Below, piece by piece: positions 38,942 to 52,499 of a stretch of 64,000 nucleotides of DNA (position 1 is its first letter; each line of letters starts with the position of its first letter). The DNA lies in assembly GCA_016748015.1 (NCBI GenBank), contig JAAOMT010000518.1, positions 1-64,000 of the forward strand. The letters run 5' to 3'. The notes under the pieces are model-generated. The model made no database searches and was not told the origin of the DNA. It worked only from the letters and a program-made list of their open reading frames with translations. The DNA is from Geosiphon pyriformis uo1 (Eukaryota; Fungi; Glomeromycota). Position numbers and translations under genes: made by a program.

Positions 38942-40899
38942 ATAGAACTAGTGAGCTCTTCTGCTGGTAGTTCTGGTTCTGTTTTGGCTGAATTGGGATT
39001 CCAGTTTGTTGCTAAAAAGAAAGCATGTGTTAAGAGTGTCTACTTTTGGAGTTCCTCTTACAAAAAATCAAAAAAACCTAATATTATTAACATTGTTGTG
39101 AATTCGTTAGCTGGACTTCTTCTTGACCATGTTTTACAGATTGACTGTGGTAAATGTAAGATGTCTTGGGGTAGTAAAGTGGAAAGTGAGAATGCCAGCA
39201 TCAATGGTATGTTTGACATAGAAAACATGAACAATATGGTGGCTGAGGAAATAAGTTATGTAGACTTCAATGCTTTTGAGACTAATAATATAGTAGATAA
39301 TATGACTCCTAAGAAAATGTGAACAAAAACTTACATTTTGGGCCAGCCACCAAAAACACCATTTTTCAAAAACTTGAGTGATGATGATACTAAGATAATG
39401 CTTCCTGATTCTAAATTTGTTGGGTTCAATTGGCTGCCATTGGCCAAATCACATGTTCTGGAAAAATGTAGCTTTAAGCCAGTTAGATTGTTTGTATTAG
39501 ATGTGGAATTGGCTACTGTGCCTAAAAAAACCAATAGTAATAAATTAATTTCAATCAAAAATTTTTTTTATAGAATTGATGGTTTTGGGGGGCTTCCACT
39601 CTCTTAAAATTTTTAAGGATTATCAGATTTTCATTTACTTCTGAGTCTAATATGAATAAGATAAGAGAATTGGCAATTCATGAAAAAATTATGGTAAATG
39701 ATAATCTCAAAAAAGTTAGCAATTATTCAAATAAAGAAATTATTGTCAAGAAGATTCTTGTCAATCTTCTCAAATTGGCTGTGAAATCTGTTTTTTCTAA
39801 GTTTGGAAAGATTGTGTTGATCAAAATACAACTGATTAGTCTGTAGCAAAAAGCTTTGGTTAAATATGAATCATTTGAAATAGCTAATTTGGTCACAGCT
39901 AGGTGGTCTGTTATTATGGGAAAGGATTCTGTTTGTGTGACAAAAGCTATTGGCAATAAACAAATATGAGTATCTAGAAATCAACATCAGTCTTTGCTAT
40001 ACATACTTTCAGTTGGCACTACTGTTTATGATTTATCAGATCTATTGGATTCATATGGTGAGAAGTCTTGCTTCATTGGCTATAACTCTAGTTTATATGT
40101 GTATGACAAATGTGCAGTTGTGTGTTTTGTTAATAAAGCATCCAAATTGGCTGCTATTGGTTCTGTTCTAATTTATAAGGGTGTAAATTTGTGCTGGACC
40201 AGGCTTTTTTTGGCTTGTTGTGCCAAGTGTAAACAGTTTAGTCATGTTTTTGATGTGTGTTTGGTTGGTGGAAATTCTGGAGTTCATCATAAGTAAGTAG
40301 TGTCTTCTCAAAATTAGGTCTGTTTAGCTAATATTTATAAGAAAAAGCAGGCTCCAGTTGTCTGTTCAGTGTCTTTTGGTGAAAAAACTTAGACTCAAAT
40401 TGCAGGTGGCTCTTTTTTTTGTGTAGTCTTGCCAGTTCTTTTTAGTGCTGGTTCACTTTTAAGTGTAAAATCTTTGGTAATGGCTTCCAACTCTCCTGAT
40501 GATTCTGGTTTGGCTGACTGCATGGCTTCTTTGAAGTGCTCTATAGAGCTTTTGTCAGATCAGGTTTTTAAAATTTTAAAAAAATTGAGCTTTGTGGAAT
40601 TGGTACTGATGTTATTTCTATCTTATGTCTTCCCCCCTATTGTTGTCTCTCCATTGGACTCAGCTTTGAATTTGAATATGGCTGTGAATAGCATGGTGAT
40701 GCCTTCTTTTTCTTCTTTCCTAGTGGTTGTTAATGCTACCCTTAAACTAAGTTTGAGCAGCTCAAAGATTCTTACCACCAAGGTGGGTGGTTTGAAATCA
40801 AAAATGATGGCTCTAGAAGTTTTGGTCAGCTTGGTATTAGTGAGATTAAACTTTTTGTGTTCTAGTTTGGGTTTATCAACTCCTTTTCCATCTCAATGA
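38942..40899 (+). pseudogene. LINE ORF1 (RRM-like + CCHC knuckle), disrupted
   Basis: Chain of track ORFs 38897-40899; probable start ATG eroded to ATA at 38942; CCHC at about 40218-40260. Confidence 0.8.
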
Positions 40900-43800
40900 T
40901 TGATTTAATTTGGAAAATTGCTATGTGCAATGTCAAAAGAATAAACAATCCAGCTAAACAAGAAGATATTGTGCATTAGCATAAAGACATGAACAATTTG
41001 ACTTCAATTTTTACAGAAACAAAACTAAAGGGAAAGATTCATTTATGGATTGTTAGCAAATTTGATGGTGTCCAAGTGTTTACTTCAAGTTTAAACTCTG
41101 ACTACTTGAGTTTAGGTATTGCAGCAGTTATGAACAATTTTTTGACTAGACATGTATATAAGATTTCTGAGATATCTGGTTAGCTTTTTTCTATCAAGTT
41201 ATTCTTTAAAAATAAACTTTCTGTTTTGATTCTGGGGCTCTATGCTAGTGCTTCTTCTGTAGTTTGTTTCTTTCAAGCTAATGATATCAACTTTTTTATT
41301 GCCAAAGCTACAAATGAATTCACTTTTGTTGTTTTTGGTGGTGATTTTAATGAAGATGGTTTCCACAAGTATGCAAGTTTTAAAAAGTGTTTCAGTTTGG
41401 GTCTAGTTAATTCCTTAGCTGGAAGCTCAGCAGCCAAATTGTCTACATAGAAGAACTCCAGAGATGTCATTAAAACAATTGATTACATTTTTGTTTCTTC
41501 AAATCTGGTTAATACAATTCTGTGTTGCAATATTCTGGGTGTTGGTAAACACTTTAACACTGATCATTGTGTTTTCTCTATGTTTATGAGTTTGGGTGGA
41601 CTTTTGAATATGCAGTTAAACTCTTTTCGCAAATAGGCAAACAAGAATTATTAGAAGTTTGACATTAAAAATGCTAGTGAAGTGATATAGGGTGTGTTTA
41701 TTGATGCTATGGTGGCCAATGCTGCTATGTTTTCTGATAAGTTTATTATATCTAAGAAGTATTTAGATCTGGATGCTATGTAGAACACTGTTTGTAAGGT
41801 GGTGTTTCTTTTGGCTAATGGTGTTTTCAAAAAAAAATGGTTTAAAGGCTATGATAGAGTGTTCACCAAGGAATCATCTAGGTTTCACAAACTGGAAGTT
41901 TTGGTTTTGAGGTTGGCTAAGACTTTTCATAATGTGGTGTCTAACAGGTTTTTCTCCCTTTTGAAACATTGGGATTCTTTAAATACTGACAAGACATCTA
42001 TTATTCAAGTTTTTGTTAGCTCTAATGCAGATTTTGGTCGTATATGTTCTGTTCTTTTTAGTATAAAAAAGTCTTATTGTGCATCCAAGCTGGCTGAGTC
42101 TTTATATGCTGAAAAATTAGACATTAGATCTGCTATTGAGAAACAGATGGAAGGTTTTGCAGTCAACAAAAGCCACATGATTCATAGTGTTTTAGAATGT
42201 TTTTTTTTGAAAAGTGGTGCTAGACTACCTGGTTTCTAATAGTAGCTTAATTGTGGATCCAGTTGATATTAAAAATAATATTGACAAGATTATTGGAAGA
42301 TTGGACAAGAAAAAGAGTGATGCCATATAACATTCCTGATTTGTGACAGTATCAATACCTGCTGTTAGATTATGTTGATAATAATGTTTTTTCTGGAGTG
42401 ATAGACACTATTAGCTATGAAGATTTGGTGCACATAGTCAAAAATCTGTCAGATGGCAAAGCAGCTGGTTTGTTAGGTATTATGAATAAACTCTGGAAAA
42501 ATTGTAATGGTTTTGTGCTTAGTATGCTATTAGATTTCTTGAATTTCTGTTTGGTTTGTGAATCTGTATCCCAATTCTGAAAAGAAGCTTGGGTATTTAT
42601 AATCCCTAAGCCTTATGAATAGGAAAGCATTCTGACCAATACTAGACCAATAGCTTTGATTGAAACTATTTATAAAATTCTCTCTAAGATACTTTTTGAT
42701 AGGATTTTGTTGGCATGCAGTATATTTAATGTTCTTTGTGGTAACAATTTCTTTATGCTAAAGGGCACTACTACCCAGTCTTCTATTTTTGCTATTGGTT
42801 TAGTTGTTGAAGATGCTTTGGAGAAAAATTGTGAACTTTGGCTTGTTTTACAGGATATGCAAAAGGCCTATGATTCTGTAGATTGGTACAACTTATGGAA
42901 TAATTTGGTTTGAATTAAGATGTGTGATTATTTTATCAAATTCTTTGGAAGTATTTACAATGATCATGTTAATCATGTTATAACTGATTTTGGCCTGACT
43001 AATAAGTACCAAGTGCATGATGATCTTAACTAAGGTGAAGTGTTTTCTCTCTTGCTATGAAGGATCTTCTATGATCTCTTTTTATGTGAGGTTAAAAAAC
43101 AGGAGAGTTTGTGTAAATACTGTATTAATTCTAGGTTTGTTGCTAAAACTGGTAGGTTAGAAAACCAAGATGGTTTGATTTTATTTTTGGCAGTTAGTGC
43201 TTTTGTTGATGATACAATATGGATGGAAAGTAGTCAGACTGCCACTCAATACATTCTGGACATTGCTAATGAGTTTTTTAGTATAAATAACATCTTCATT
43301 AATAATGAAAAAACTGTGGCTATTTCTATCAACAGAAGAGTGGGGAAAGCATCATTGTCAATAAGTAGTCTGCTGATTTCAATTGCTTATAAAGGAGAGT
43401 CTTATAAGTATCTTGGGATTTATTTGTCATCTGAAAGTTTGTCCAAACCCAGTTTGGTAAAGGCTCATTCAGATGTTAGGTTCTTTGTTAATTTGGTTTT
43501 GAAAAAAACTATTTCAGATAAACAGTTTCTCTATTTGGTATTGGCTGTGTTGCAATTCATTATCAGATATAGATTTCAGTTTAGTTTTCTTTCTAAAAGT
43601 GTGTGTGTTAAGTGAAACATGTTAATTAGAAAAGATTTGAGACTTAAGGCTGGACTATCAAAGAATTTTTCCAATGAGGCTTTTCATCATCCATCTTTGT
43701 ACAGTCTGAAGTCTTTTGAGCAGTTACAGACTGAGTGCAAAGTGGCTTTTGTGCTAAGTTTCTTAAATGCTAGTGGGCTTTTGGGTTGCTTGTTTGTTTA

Positions 43801-45567
43801 TAGGTTTCTTAACCTACAAGTTCTAAGTTGGTTGTCTGTTCACTCTTTGTGTTATCTGGTCAGGTTACATATTAGTTCAGTTGACAATTTTCTGACTGGT
43901 GTTGTTAAAATTTTTTTGAATTGTGATATGTCTCTTGGGAACTTTTTTCATATGGCATTTTGTTTTTTTGCAAAACACTAATGTTTTCAGTTCTGGGAGA
44001 TTATTTGTTTTATGAAGTTTTATGCTCATTCAAGAGATTTGGTGTTGTTTTCATTGAATAGCTGTATACCCAAAAGGGTTTGATTTTTGATTGGAAAAGC
44101 TTCTGTTATTGGAAGAAGCTTGACCCAAAAAGCCCAGTTCTTTATTGGTTCAATTTGGCATGTGACTTTCTGGCTCACTTATCTTTTTATGATAGTCTAT
44201 CTGCTGCTAAATCCCAGTTACTAGATGTTGGTGATTTGGGTGGTGTTTTTTGGCTGAAACAGTATCTTATTATTTCTAATTTAAACGTCATTAAGGTTTA
44301 CACAGACAGATCTTTAAAAAATTTTGGTATGCAGAAAATAAGGTGTGGTACAGCTGCTTACTTCTCAGATGTGAATTAAGGTATTGACATCAGAATTGGT
44401 GAGTTGGTTTTTCCACTTTGGCTGAGTTACAGATGATTGCTTTAGCTTTGGAGTGTGTTTCTTTTCACAGTTCTGTTGTGATTTATTCAGACAGTTAGGC
44501 TGTCTTAGATGCTTGTGCTGCTGAGTCAGTTTTGGTCTCTTTGGACTTTCACAATCATTGCTGAATAAAGTGGCATGGTGTTGTAAATCTGATTAAGGAA
44601 AAAGGACTTAGTGTTTCTTGGCATAAAGTTAAAAGACATTTAGGTGTTTTGGATAATAAGCATGTTAATGGGTTGGTTGATTCTGCTGTGAGCTTGGATT
44701 TGGTGCTTCCTGTTTTGGTTAAGAAAATGTTCATTAAGGCTGGTAAAGTAGTGGTGTCTGGTAATATTCAGTATTTTGCTTAAGATGTTTTTATGGTCTG
44801 TGAATTGTGCTTGTTGGGAAGTTGGATCTGGTCCTACTGTTATTAACAAAAATATAATTGGTGATGTGGATTGGATTCATACTGTTTTAGTTTGGCATCC
44901 CAACTCACACATGGTGGCTGGATTTACCAGCAAGTTTACTGCTGGTTTGTGCTTGTATTTTTTAAAAGCTTTGCAGTACTACTTACCAGTCACTATGCAA
45001 AAATGCTTGTATAATAAAGATTATTTGAGTGTTTTGTGTCTTTATTATGAAGAGGTGGAAAGCTTTGATTACTTTTTTGTATGTGCATTTGACTCTGAAG
45101 TCCATAAGAATCTGTTTGCTTTCTATCTGGCTAAGTGGTATGTTATGTTTGGTTTGGGTTTCTATCTGTCTTAAATCTTGCAGATGCTTTTTTTGTGCAT
45201 TTTTAATAATGTGCTATATACCACTTTGAGCAAAGACTTCTTGTTTAAAGATTGGTATTTGGAAGCTGTATCTGTTTTAAATAATACTAAGTTAGCAGGA
45301 AGAGTTATTATTGACTTTGTTTGGGATTTTGGTGTTGCTCACTATGTTAACATATAATTGGTTAGGGCCTTTATGAAAAAATGTGGTTTAGTTTTTCATG
45401 ATGGTTCTGTTTTTTCTATAACCCAGGGTCTGTCATCTTTGCTTTTGGCTGGAGTAGTTAGGTTGCTTGAAGTTGCTGAGGTGCTTGATATCTGTTTTGG
45501 TTTTCGTAAATCCTGCTGTTTTTTTTCTGGTATTAATAATATAATGTCTGTTATAATAGATTTATAA
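40896..45567 (+). pseudogene. LINE ORF2 (AP endonuclease, RT, RNase H, C-terminal zinc finger), disrupted
   Basis: TETKL, GGDFN, TIDYIF and TDH (APE); QDMQKAYDSV and AFVDD (RT); VYTDRS, AELQMIALAL and YSDS (RNase H). The ATG overlaps the ORF1 stop (ATGA). Confidence 0.9.
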
Positions 45568-46083
45568 TGTTGCTCTAATCAGTCCGAGTGGCTGGTTATG
45601 TGTAGAAAATGCATAATTTGTGCCTAGTTTAGATTACTTAGTTTAATGTATTGTGTTAAATAACATTTGGGTCTCACTTGAAAAAAATAATATTAAAAAT
45701 AATTTTGGTATTTTTGGTGTTATTACTTTAATTAAGTTAAAATTTATTAATTTATGATAATATACTATTGTTTATTTTAAAAATTTTTTTTTTGTTATTG
45801 TTATTTTTATTAATTAGTTTATATTAGTTAAAAAAACAATATAAAAATTTTTTTTTGTTTAATTAAAAAAAAATTATTACTTTAAAACCAAATTAGTCAA
45901 TTTTTTTTAAATTATATTGTTTTTAAATTAGTAATTTAATTTTTTAAGTTGGTAATTATATGTGTTTTATTTTCTATTTTTTTGATTTTTTATTATTATT
46001 AATGTTTTATTGTTATGATTTTTGAAATTTTAAAGATTTTAAGTTTAGCTGTTTTAAAAACTGGTATTTTATATAAATATTAT

Positions 46084-49000
46084 TATTATTTTTTTTTTCC
46101 CATGTTTATTGAGTGAAGTCCAAACACAACCTAATACTATACATCAAATAGTTGATCTAAATTAGGCATGAATCATGCACTTTCTATACATGACTAGCCA
46201 CTCAGACCAATCAGAACAACACTATGCATCTATATGAACGGAAACCACATTTAAAGCACCTAAAATGAACAAACTAAATTTGCACAAACCAAACCTAATA
46301 CCCAATACATTGTCAATACCCAACAACTTAACAACTCTAGCCGAATACAGAGAAGACAGACTAGAAATAGAAACTGGCATAGAACCATTTCGAGGAATTA
46401 ACCCATGTTTCTCTATAAAGGCACAATGTCTGACATGGACCAACCAAATCTCATTTCTAAAAGCTAGGCAAAAATCACAGATAAAGCCCACAATTTTTGC
46501 ACCAGCAATTTCCAGATCACCAAAAACAGAAACCGCCTCAAAAAACCAATCATTAAAAACAAAGCCTTTGCACAAAGCAACACAGACTGAGGTATCAAAA
46601 ACGCATAAAGAAAGAGTTTGCAGCATGTGAGAAAAAGATTCACGAAGGCCAGAAACACTTTCCCTTTTAACTGCAAAATTACCAAGCAGCCAATCACAAC
46701 TAGCAAAGTCAGAATCACAAGAAAAAACATGGTCTGAAACCTCTACACACTCACAATACAAGCAAACCACACTAGAGTAACTCCTATCATAAAGGTGTTT
46801 GCAAATGGCCACAGGCAGTCTACAATGTAGAGCTTTCATAAAATACGTGTGCAAGCCAGCGGTCTATATACTAGTGAAGCCAGCAGCCATGTGTAAATCG
46901 GGATGCCAAACAAAAAAAGATCAGCACCAATCAATATCAGTAAGCAATTCGCTAATGACAACCCTATTACCCAAACTGAAACCCCAACGCGAACAGTGAA
47001 TAGACCAATAAATGTCACACACAAAATGCCTAGAATTACCCAAAACAAGACTACCACCAGCCAGGATGAACTGCTTATCCAGCTGGAGGGGAAGAACAAA
47101 ATTAGAAAGAGCCACACAGCCAGCCAGTTCATCAGCCCGGTCATTACTTATAACACCAGAATGTCTTTTAATCTTATACTAGCTGACATCCAACCTCTTA
47201 GCACGAATAAGATTAGCAATATGACAATGCTCCACCCAACAATTATTCCGAAAATCTGGATACACCAAACCCAATTTCGATTTGCAGGTGTCTAACATGG
47301 CCTGACTATCCGAAAATAAGCTAACTTTGCTAACTGCAGGAACACACTTGAGAGCAAGTGCAATAGTCTGCAATTCCACCAAAGTAGATGACAACAAACC
47401 CGAAACTCTAACACCCAAACCCATATTAATATTATCAAAGAAAACTGCCGCACCCGATTTAACACTGAGAGTACCCAAACCAGCCAAGGATCCATTGGTA
47501 TAAACTGAAAGGCTATCAGCACCCAATCCCAACAAATGATCATGAACCAAATCAAAATCAGTGGATTCCAAGATACTAGGAGCAAAAAAAATGCCCACTG
47601 AACAGTCATAAACAGAAGAAGATGACTCTGCACTGCCAAGATAACCAACAGAAACACTAAACCAATCAGGAATAGTGCCACGCGGGTCCAGCCTTTTCCA
47701 ACGCTTAAAAGTCTTTCAATCAAAAGCAAGACCATTGTGATGACGCAATTGTTCCACAAAGGCAATTCCATACTGCTGAAGTGAGGAGAAACATTTAGAA
47801 AATTTCACCTTTCCAATAACCAAAGACATAAGAGTACCATGGGAGAATTAGAATGCACTGGGGCCGAGACTACTAAAAGATAAACTGCAATCGGCAAAAA
47901 TATGAACCACACCTGCCAGAAAATTGTTCAAGAGATTCAAATTTAAACAAGCCGAAGAGACCAAAAGGTGCATAGGATGCCAGCTCAAAGTCTGTAAATC
48001 ATGAGACCTATGGAGAAACAAATGACCCAGGATTCTAACAGCATTGACAAAACACACTATGGACACCGATTTACTCTCAGCTTGAATCTGTTTAAAAGTT
48101 TTTAAGCTGTAAAGAAAGGGGTGATAAAGAGCATTATTGGAGAAGTCCGAAGGAAGACTTGCTCTGGATTTGAAGCCTTTATGAATTAGAGCATCCCATT
48201 TACAGCAAACACTAAGTGGAGCAAAACTAAACTGTGTCCTATAACTGATGATGAGATGAAGAACTGCTGAAACCAAATATGAGAACTGCTTATCAGAGAT
48301 GGTCTTCTTCAGGATGAGATTGGTGAAAAACCAGATATTTGAATGCATCTTGACCAAACTGGGCTTCGACAAACCATCTGTAGACAGAAAAATGCCCAAA
48401 TACTAGTGAGGTTCCCCTTTCTTGGCAATAGAAATAGGTGCACCACTGATTGTCAAAAAGGGGCTCACAACTCTATAGTTAATGGGAATTGCCACCATTT
48501 TGTCATTGTTTATTGAAATATCATTAATTCTAAAAAATTCACTAGCAATATTGAGAATGTGTTGTGTTGCAGTTTGACTGCTGCCGACCCAAATTGTATT
48601 GTCCATGAAAGTACCAGCCACAAAGAAAGAGAAAAAACCAGTTTGAGGTTCAACACAGCCAGTCTTAGCAACGAAATGAGAATTCAACCTATATCTACAA
48701 AATTCTTCTTGTCTTTTGACTTCACACAACAGAAGAGGTGAGAACACTTCCTCTTGATCGAGATTATCATGGACTTGATAACTATTAGTTAAGCCAAAGT
48801 CAGTCATTACTCTGTTGACTTGGTTATTGTGAATGCTACCAAAAAATTGAATGAACCCACTACACATTTTAATCTTAATTAGACTCCTTTTCAAATGCTC
48901 TCAGCCAACAGAATTATAGACCTTCTTCACATCTTGCAATACCAGCCAAAGCTCGCAGTTCTTCTCCAAAGCATCCTCAACCATAGAGCCAACAGCAAAG

Positions 49001-49350
49001 ATAGGTGACTGTGTCATCGTACTCCTCAAAACAGAAAAATTGTCCCTGCAGAGAACATTGTGAGTACTGTATGCTAAAAAAATCCTGTTCGAGAAGATCT
49101 TTAAAAGGATCTTACAAGTGGTTTCAATCAAAGCAATGGGTGTTTGTAAGAACTCTCTTCCACTCATAAGGTTTAGGGATCATAGACACTCAGACTTCTT
49201 TCCAAGGACCAGGAACTAACTCACGGAGCAAACAAGAGTTCAAAAGCACCAACAACATATTCAGAACCGATTCATTACAATGCTTTCAAAGCTCATTCGA
49301 AATACCAGACAAACTAGCAGCTTTATCATTAGGCAAATCCAATACAATAC
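46084..49350 (-). mobile_element. 5'-truncated LINE of the same family, tail-to-tail with the plus-strand copy
   Basis: Minus-strand ORFs match ORF2 RT, RNase H (VYTNGS, FSDSQA) and CLYCECVEVSDHVFSC. Homologous 3' UTR and poly(A) (T-run at about 46089-46098). Tentative TSD ATATTAT at 46077-46083 and 49351-49357. Confidence 0.92.
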
Positions 49351-51614
49351 ATATTATATTTTGTTAAAAAAATTTTAAATATAAATATTTCTATAAATAT
49401 TAAAGTTTAAATTATTTATTTTTAAATTATAAAGTATTTTTACTTTTTTTTTTAAGTTTATTAATAGTTTTAAAATTTCTAATTTATCTTTTATTAATAT
49501 AAAATTATATTAATATTTTTATTTTTTTGGTTTTTTCATTGTACTTTTAGTTATTTTTATTTTTTGTTTTGTATTTAATTTTTAACTGGTTTTTTTGAAA
49601 TTTAAGTTTTTAATTTGAATATTTTAATTAAGTTTATTGTTAAATCAATTAGTTTTTTGGTTATTTTGGTTATTATTTTGTTAAACACATTTTTTGTTTT
49701 AGATAAAAAACTTAAAAATATAATTGTTATTATTCTAAATAAAATATTTATTTTTAGTAGATTATTAAATAAAATTAACAAAAAATTAGGTAAAATTAAA
49801 ACTAAAATTAATATTAAGATTAAATATATAAATAATTATATTTTTAATAATATTTAATTTTTGTTACTTAGTTTGATTTTTTATATTAAATAATAATTAG
49901 ATTATATATTAAATAAAAAAATATTTTACAATATTTTATTTAAAATATAAAACTTAAATTTAACAAAAAAATATACTTTAATAAATACATTAAAAAATTA
50001 TACTAATAAATCAAAAATCTAAAACATTATTAATATAAACCAAATATATATTAAATTATATCTTTTCAAAATACTATGATGAATATTAAAAATATTAAAA
50101 ATTAATTTAAATATGCTAAAACTTATTATAAAAAATACATAAAAAAACCGAAAAAGTTTAAACAAAGTAAAAAAAGATAGATTAAAAAAGTTGAAAAAAA
50201 TAGAAAAATATAGATAAAAACCAAAAAAAATAAACAAAAACAAATTGTTAAATAAGATTTAAAAATAAACAAAAAAATTATGTAAAATAATAGATAATAC
50301 AAATAATAACTTTATAATATAATTTTTTTTATTATAAGTTTGTTGTTTAAGTATTGAAATAGTAAAGTAGTATATACTAAAATAGAATAAATAATATATA
50401 TAAAATAGAGTTTATAATTATTATATATTTTTATATTCTACATCTTTTTTGTTAATATAGCTTTTAATAATATCTTTATTATAATAATATATACTGCTTT
50501 TTTATTATAATTTGCCAATGTTTTTAAAAAAACTGTTCAAAATTTTTTCCAAATTGATATAAATATTTAGTATTAATAAGAATAATTTAATTAAAATAAT
50601 ACTTTTAAATATTATTGGTAAAAATATACAGCATTTAATGCATGGTTATTACAAACAGACTGCTATAATGTTTGAATATTAAGAAACATTAGAAATATAA
50701 ATTGAAATGAGTATGATGTTGATTAAAACTCCAGAAATGTGGATCAATTCTTTCAACACTAAATTTTTTAAAATAGAAGGATTCAAAATTTTTAAAAATG
50801 TTGGTAAATTTAATAAAAAAAGTTAATTAGAATTCAGAGAATGTGAACAGTTGGAATAATTTATGGCAGTGAGTACTGATTATTGTGTAATGAAATGCTA
50901 ACTTTTTTTTAGGCCTCAATACAGATAGACTGCCCAGATAGCTTTGTTTGTAGAGTTATGCGCGGGGAATTAATGGAACTTTACGACTGTGAGGAAAGAT
51001 TCCCCTAATACTTTTGCTGTCATATTGAACATTAAGATAATCTTGGCTATGACTTCATAATAACAAGAATTTGTTTATCCATGCCTTTGACAAACGATAA
51101 GAGATTGTGTAGGTTGTGAGTACAACATTTTCCAACCACTGCGGAGGCCTTCAAAAAGATGTGTTTCGCCAAAAAACTCAAGACCTGAAAAGATAAACCT
51201 CAGTGCTTAACGTGCTCTAATAACTACGATCACGTGAGAATAAGAGAATAACGCAGATGATACGATTTTATTGTTATTAGATGAGTCACCTTGACTATAG
51301 TTTATTTTCAACCCATCATAACCAAACTGTGAATAGAGGTTTATCCCACATAACGGACTTTCCTTCTTAGCCTTCGAATTTTTTATTTGAAAGAAATCTC
51401 TACGCTTTTGCGAGTACATGTTCGGAACTTTCGTATACAAGATGAAAAAGACCCTATTTATACCCGACGGTTTTCGTATATCTGAGGGGTTACATAGTAT
51501 TATATCTGATATAAATCAATTTTTACTATTGTTGCTTTATTTCTCTCATATTATTTTTCATTATCGAGGTTCTTTAAAAAGAGTAAAACCTTTTTGGTCT
51601 AAAAAATTGAGAAA

Positions 51615-52160
51615 AAGACTCCTTAGCACCTGACAGGACTTTCAGTGCTTGCAGTATTCCATGCTAGCGCGCTCTTTACCAGAATAACTCGATGTTATCC
51701 TACCCCCATATAAGTTTCCATTCTATGGATATCTATGGCCGATGCTTGGAAAGAGACTCCTTAGCGCCTGACAGCGCTTGCTGTATTTTATGCTAAGGCG
51801 CTCTTTACCAGAATAACTCGATGTTATCCTACCCCCATACAAGTCTCCATTCTATGGATACCTATGGCCGATGTTTGGAAAGAGACTCGTTAGCACCTGA
51901 CAGGACGTTTGAGCGCTTGCTGTGTTCCATGCTAAAACGCTCTTTACCAGAATAACTCGATGTTATCCTACCCCCATACAAGTCTCCATTCTATGGATGC
52001 CTATGGCCGATGCTTGGAAAGAGACTCGTTAGCACCTTATAGGACGTTTCAGCGCTTGCTGTATTTCTATGCTGCCACGCTCAATACCAGAATGACTCAA
52101 TGTCATTCTGCACCCATATGGATTTCTACATTTTGTTTATCATCTATGGCCGGTGTTTGG
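51615..52160. repeat. About 138-bp tandem repeat, 4 copies
   Basis: GACTC.TTAGC.CCT at 51617, 51755, 51884 and 52023 (periods 138, 129, 139). Confidence 0.92.
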
Positions 52161-52490
52161 AAAGTGATCCTAATAATTTTGTCTTTCAATTCTCATCAAT
52201 TATAATTGAAGCCCCACTAATTTGAAAATCTTGTGTGAACTTTAATCGATTGGAAAACCAAATATACAATACTTCTATTGGAACTGCCCTTAGGAATTGA
52301 CCATATGAATCTCTCTCTTGACCACCTATGATCGATGCTTGGAAAGTGATTCTAATAATTTTGTTCGTTATTTTCTCGTCAATTACAATTTATGCTCCAC
52401 GAACTTTAAAATCTCGCGTGATCTTTGATCGATTGGAAAACCAATATATACAATACTTCTATGGGAACTGCCCTTGGAAATTTACCATAA
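52161..52490. repeat. About 182-bp diverged tandem duplication abutting the 138-bp array
   Basis: AAAGTGAT.CTAATAATTTTGT at 52161 and 52343; shared GATTGGAAAACCAA.TATACAATACTTCTAT. Confidence 0.88.
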
Positions 52491-52499
52491 GCACCAAGT

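Larger units (their letters stand above)
38816..45687 (+). mobile_element. Near full-length degenerate LINE (ORF1 + ORF2 APE-RT-RNase H-CCHC) with short poly(A)
   Basis: 5' UTR, ORF1 with CAKCKQFSHVFDVC knuckle, ORF2 domains, 3' UTR and A7 at 45681-45687. Confidence 0.92.
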
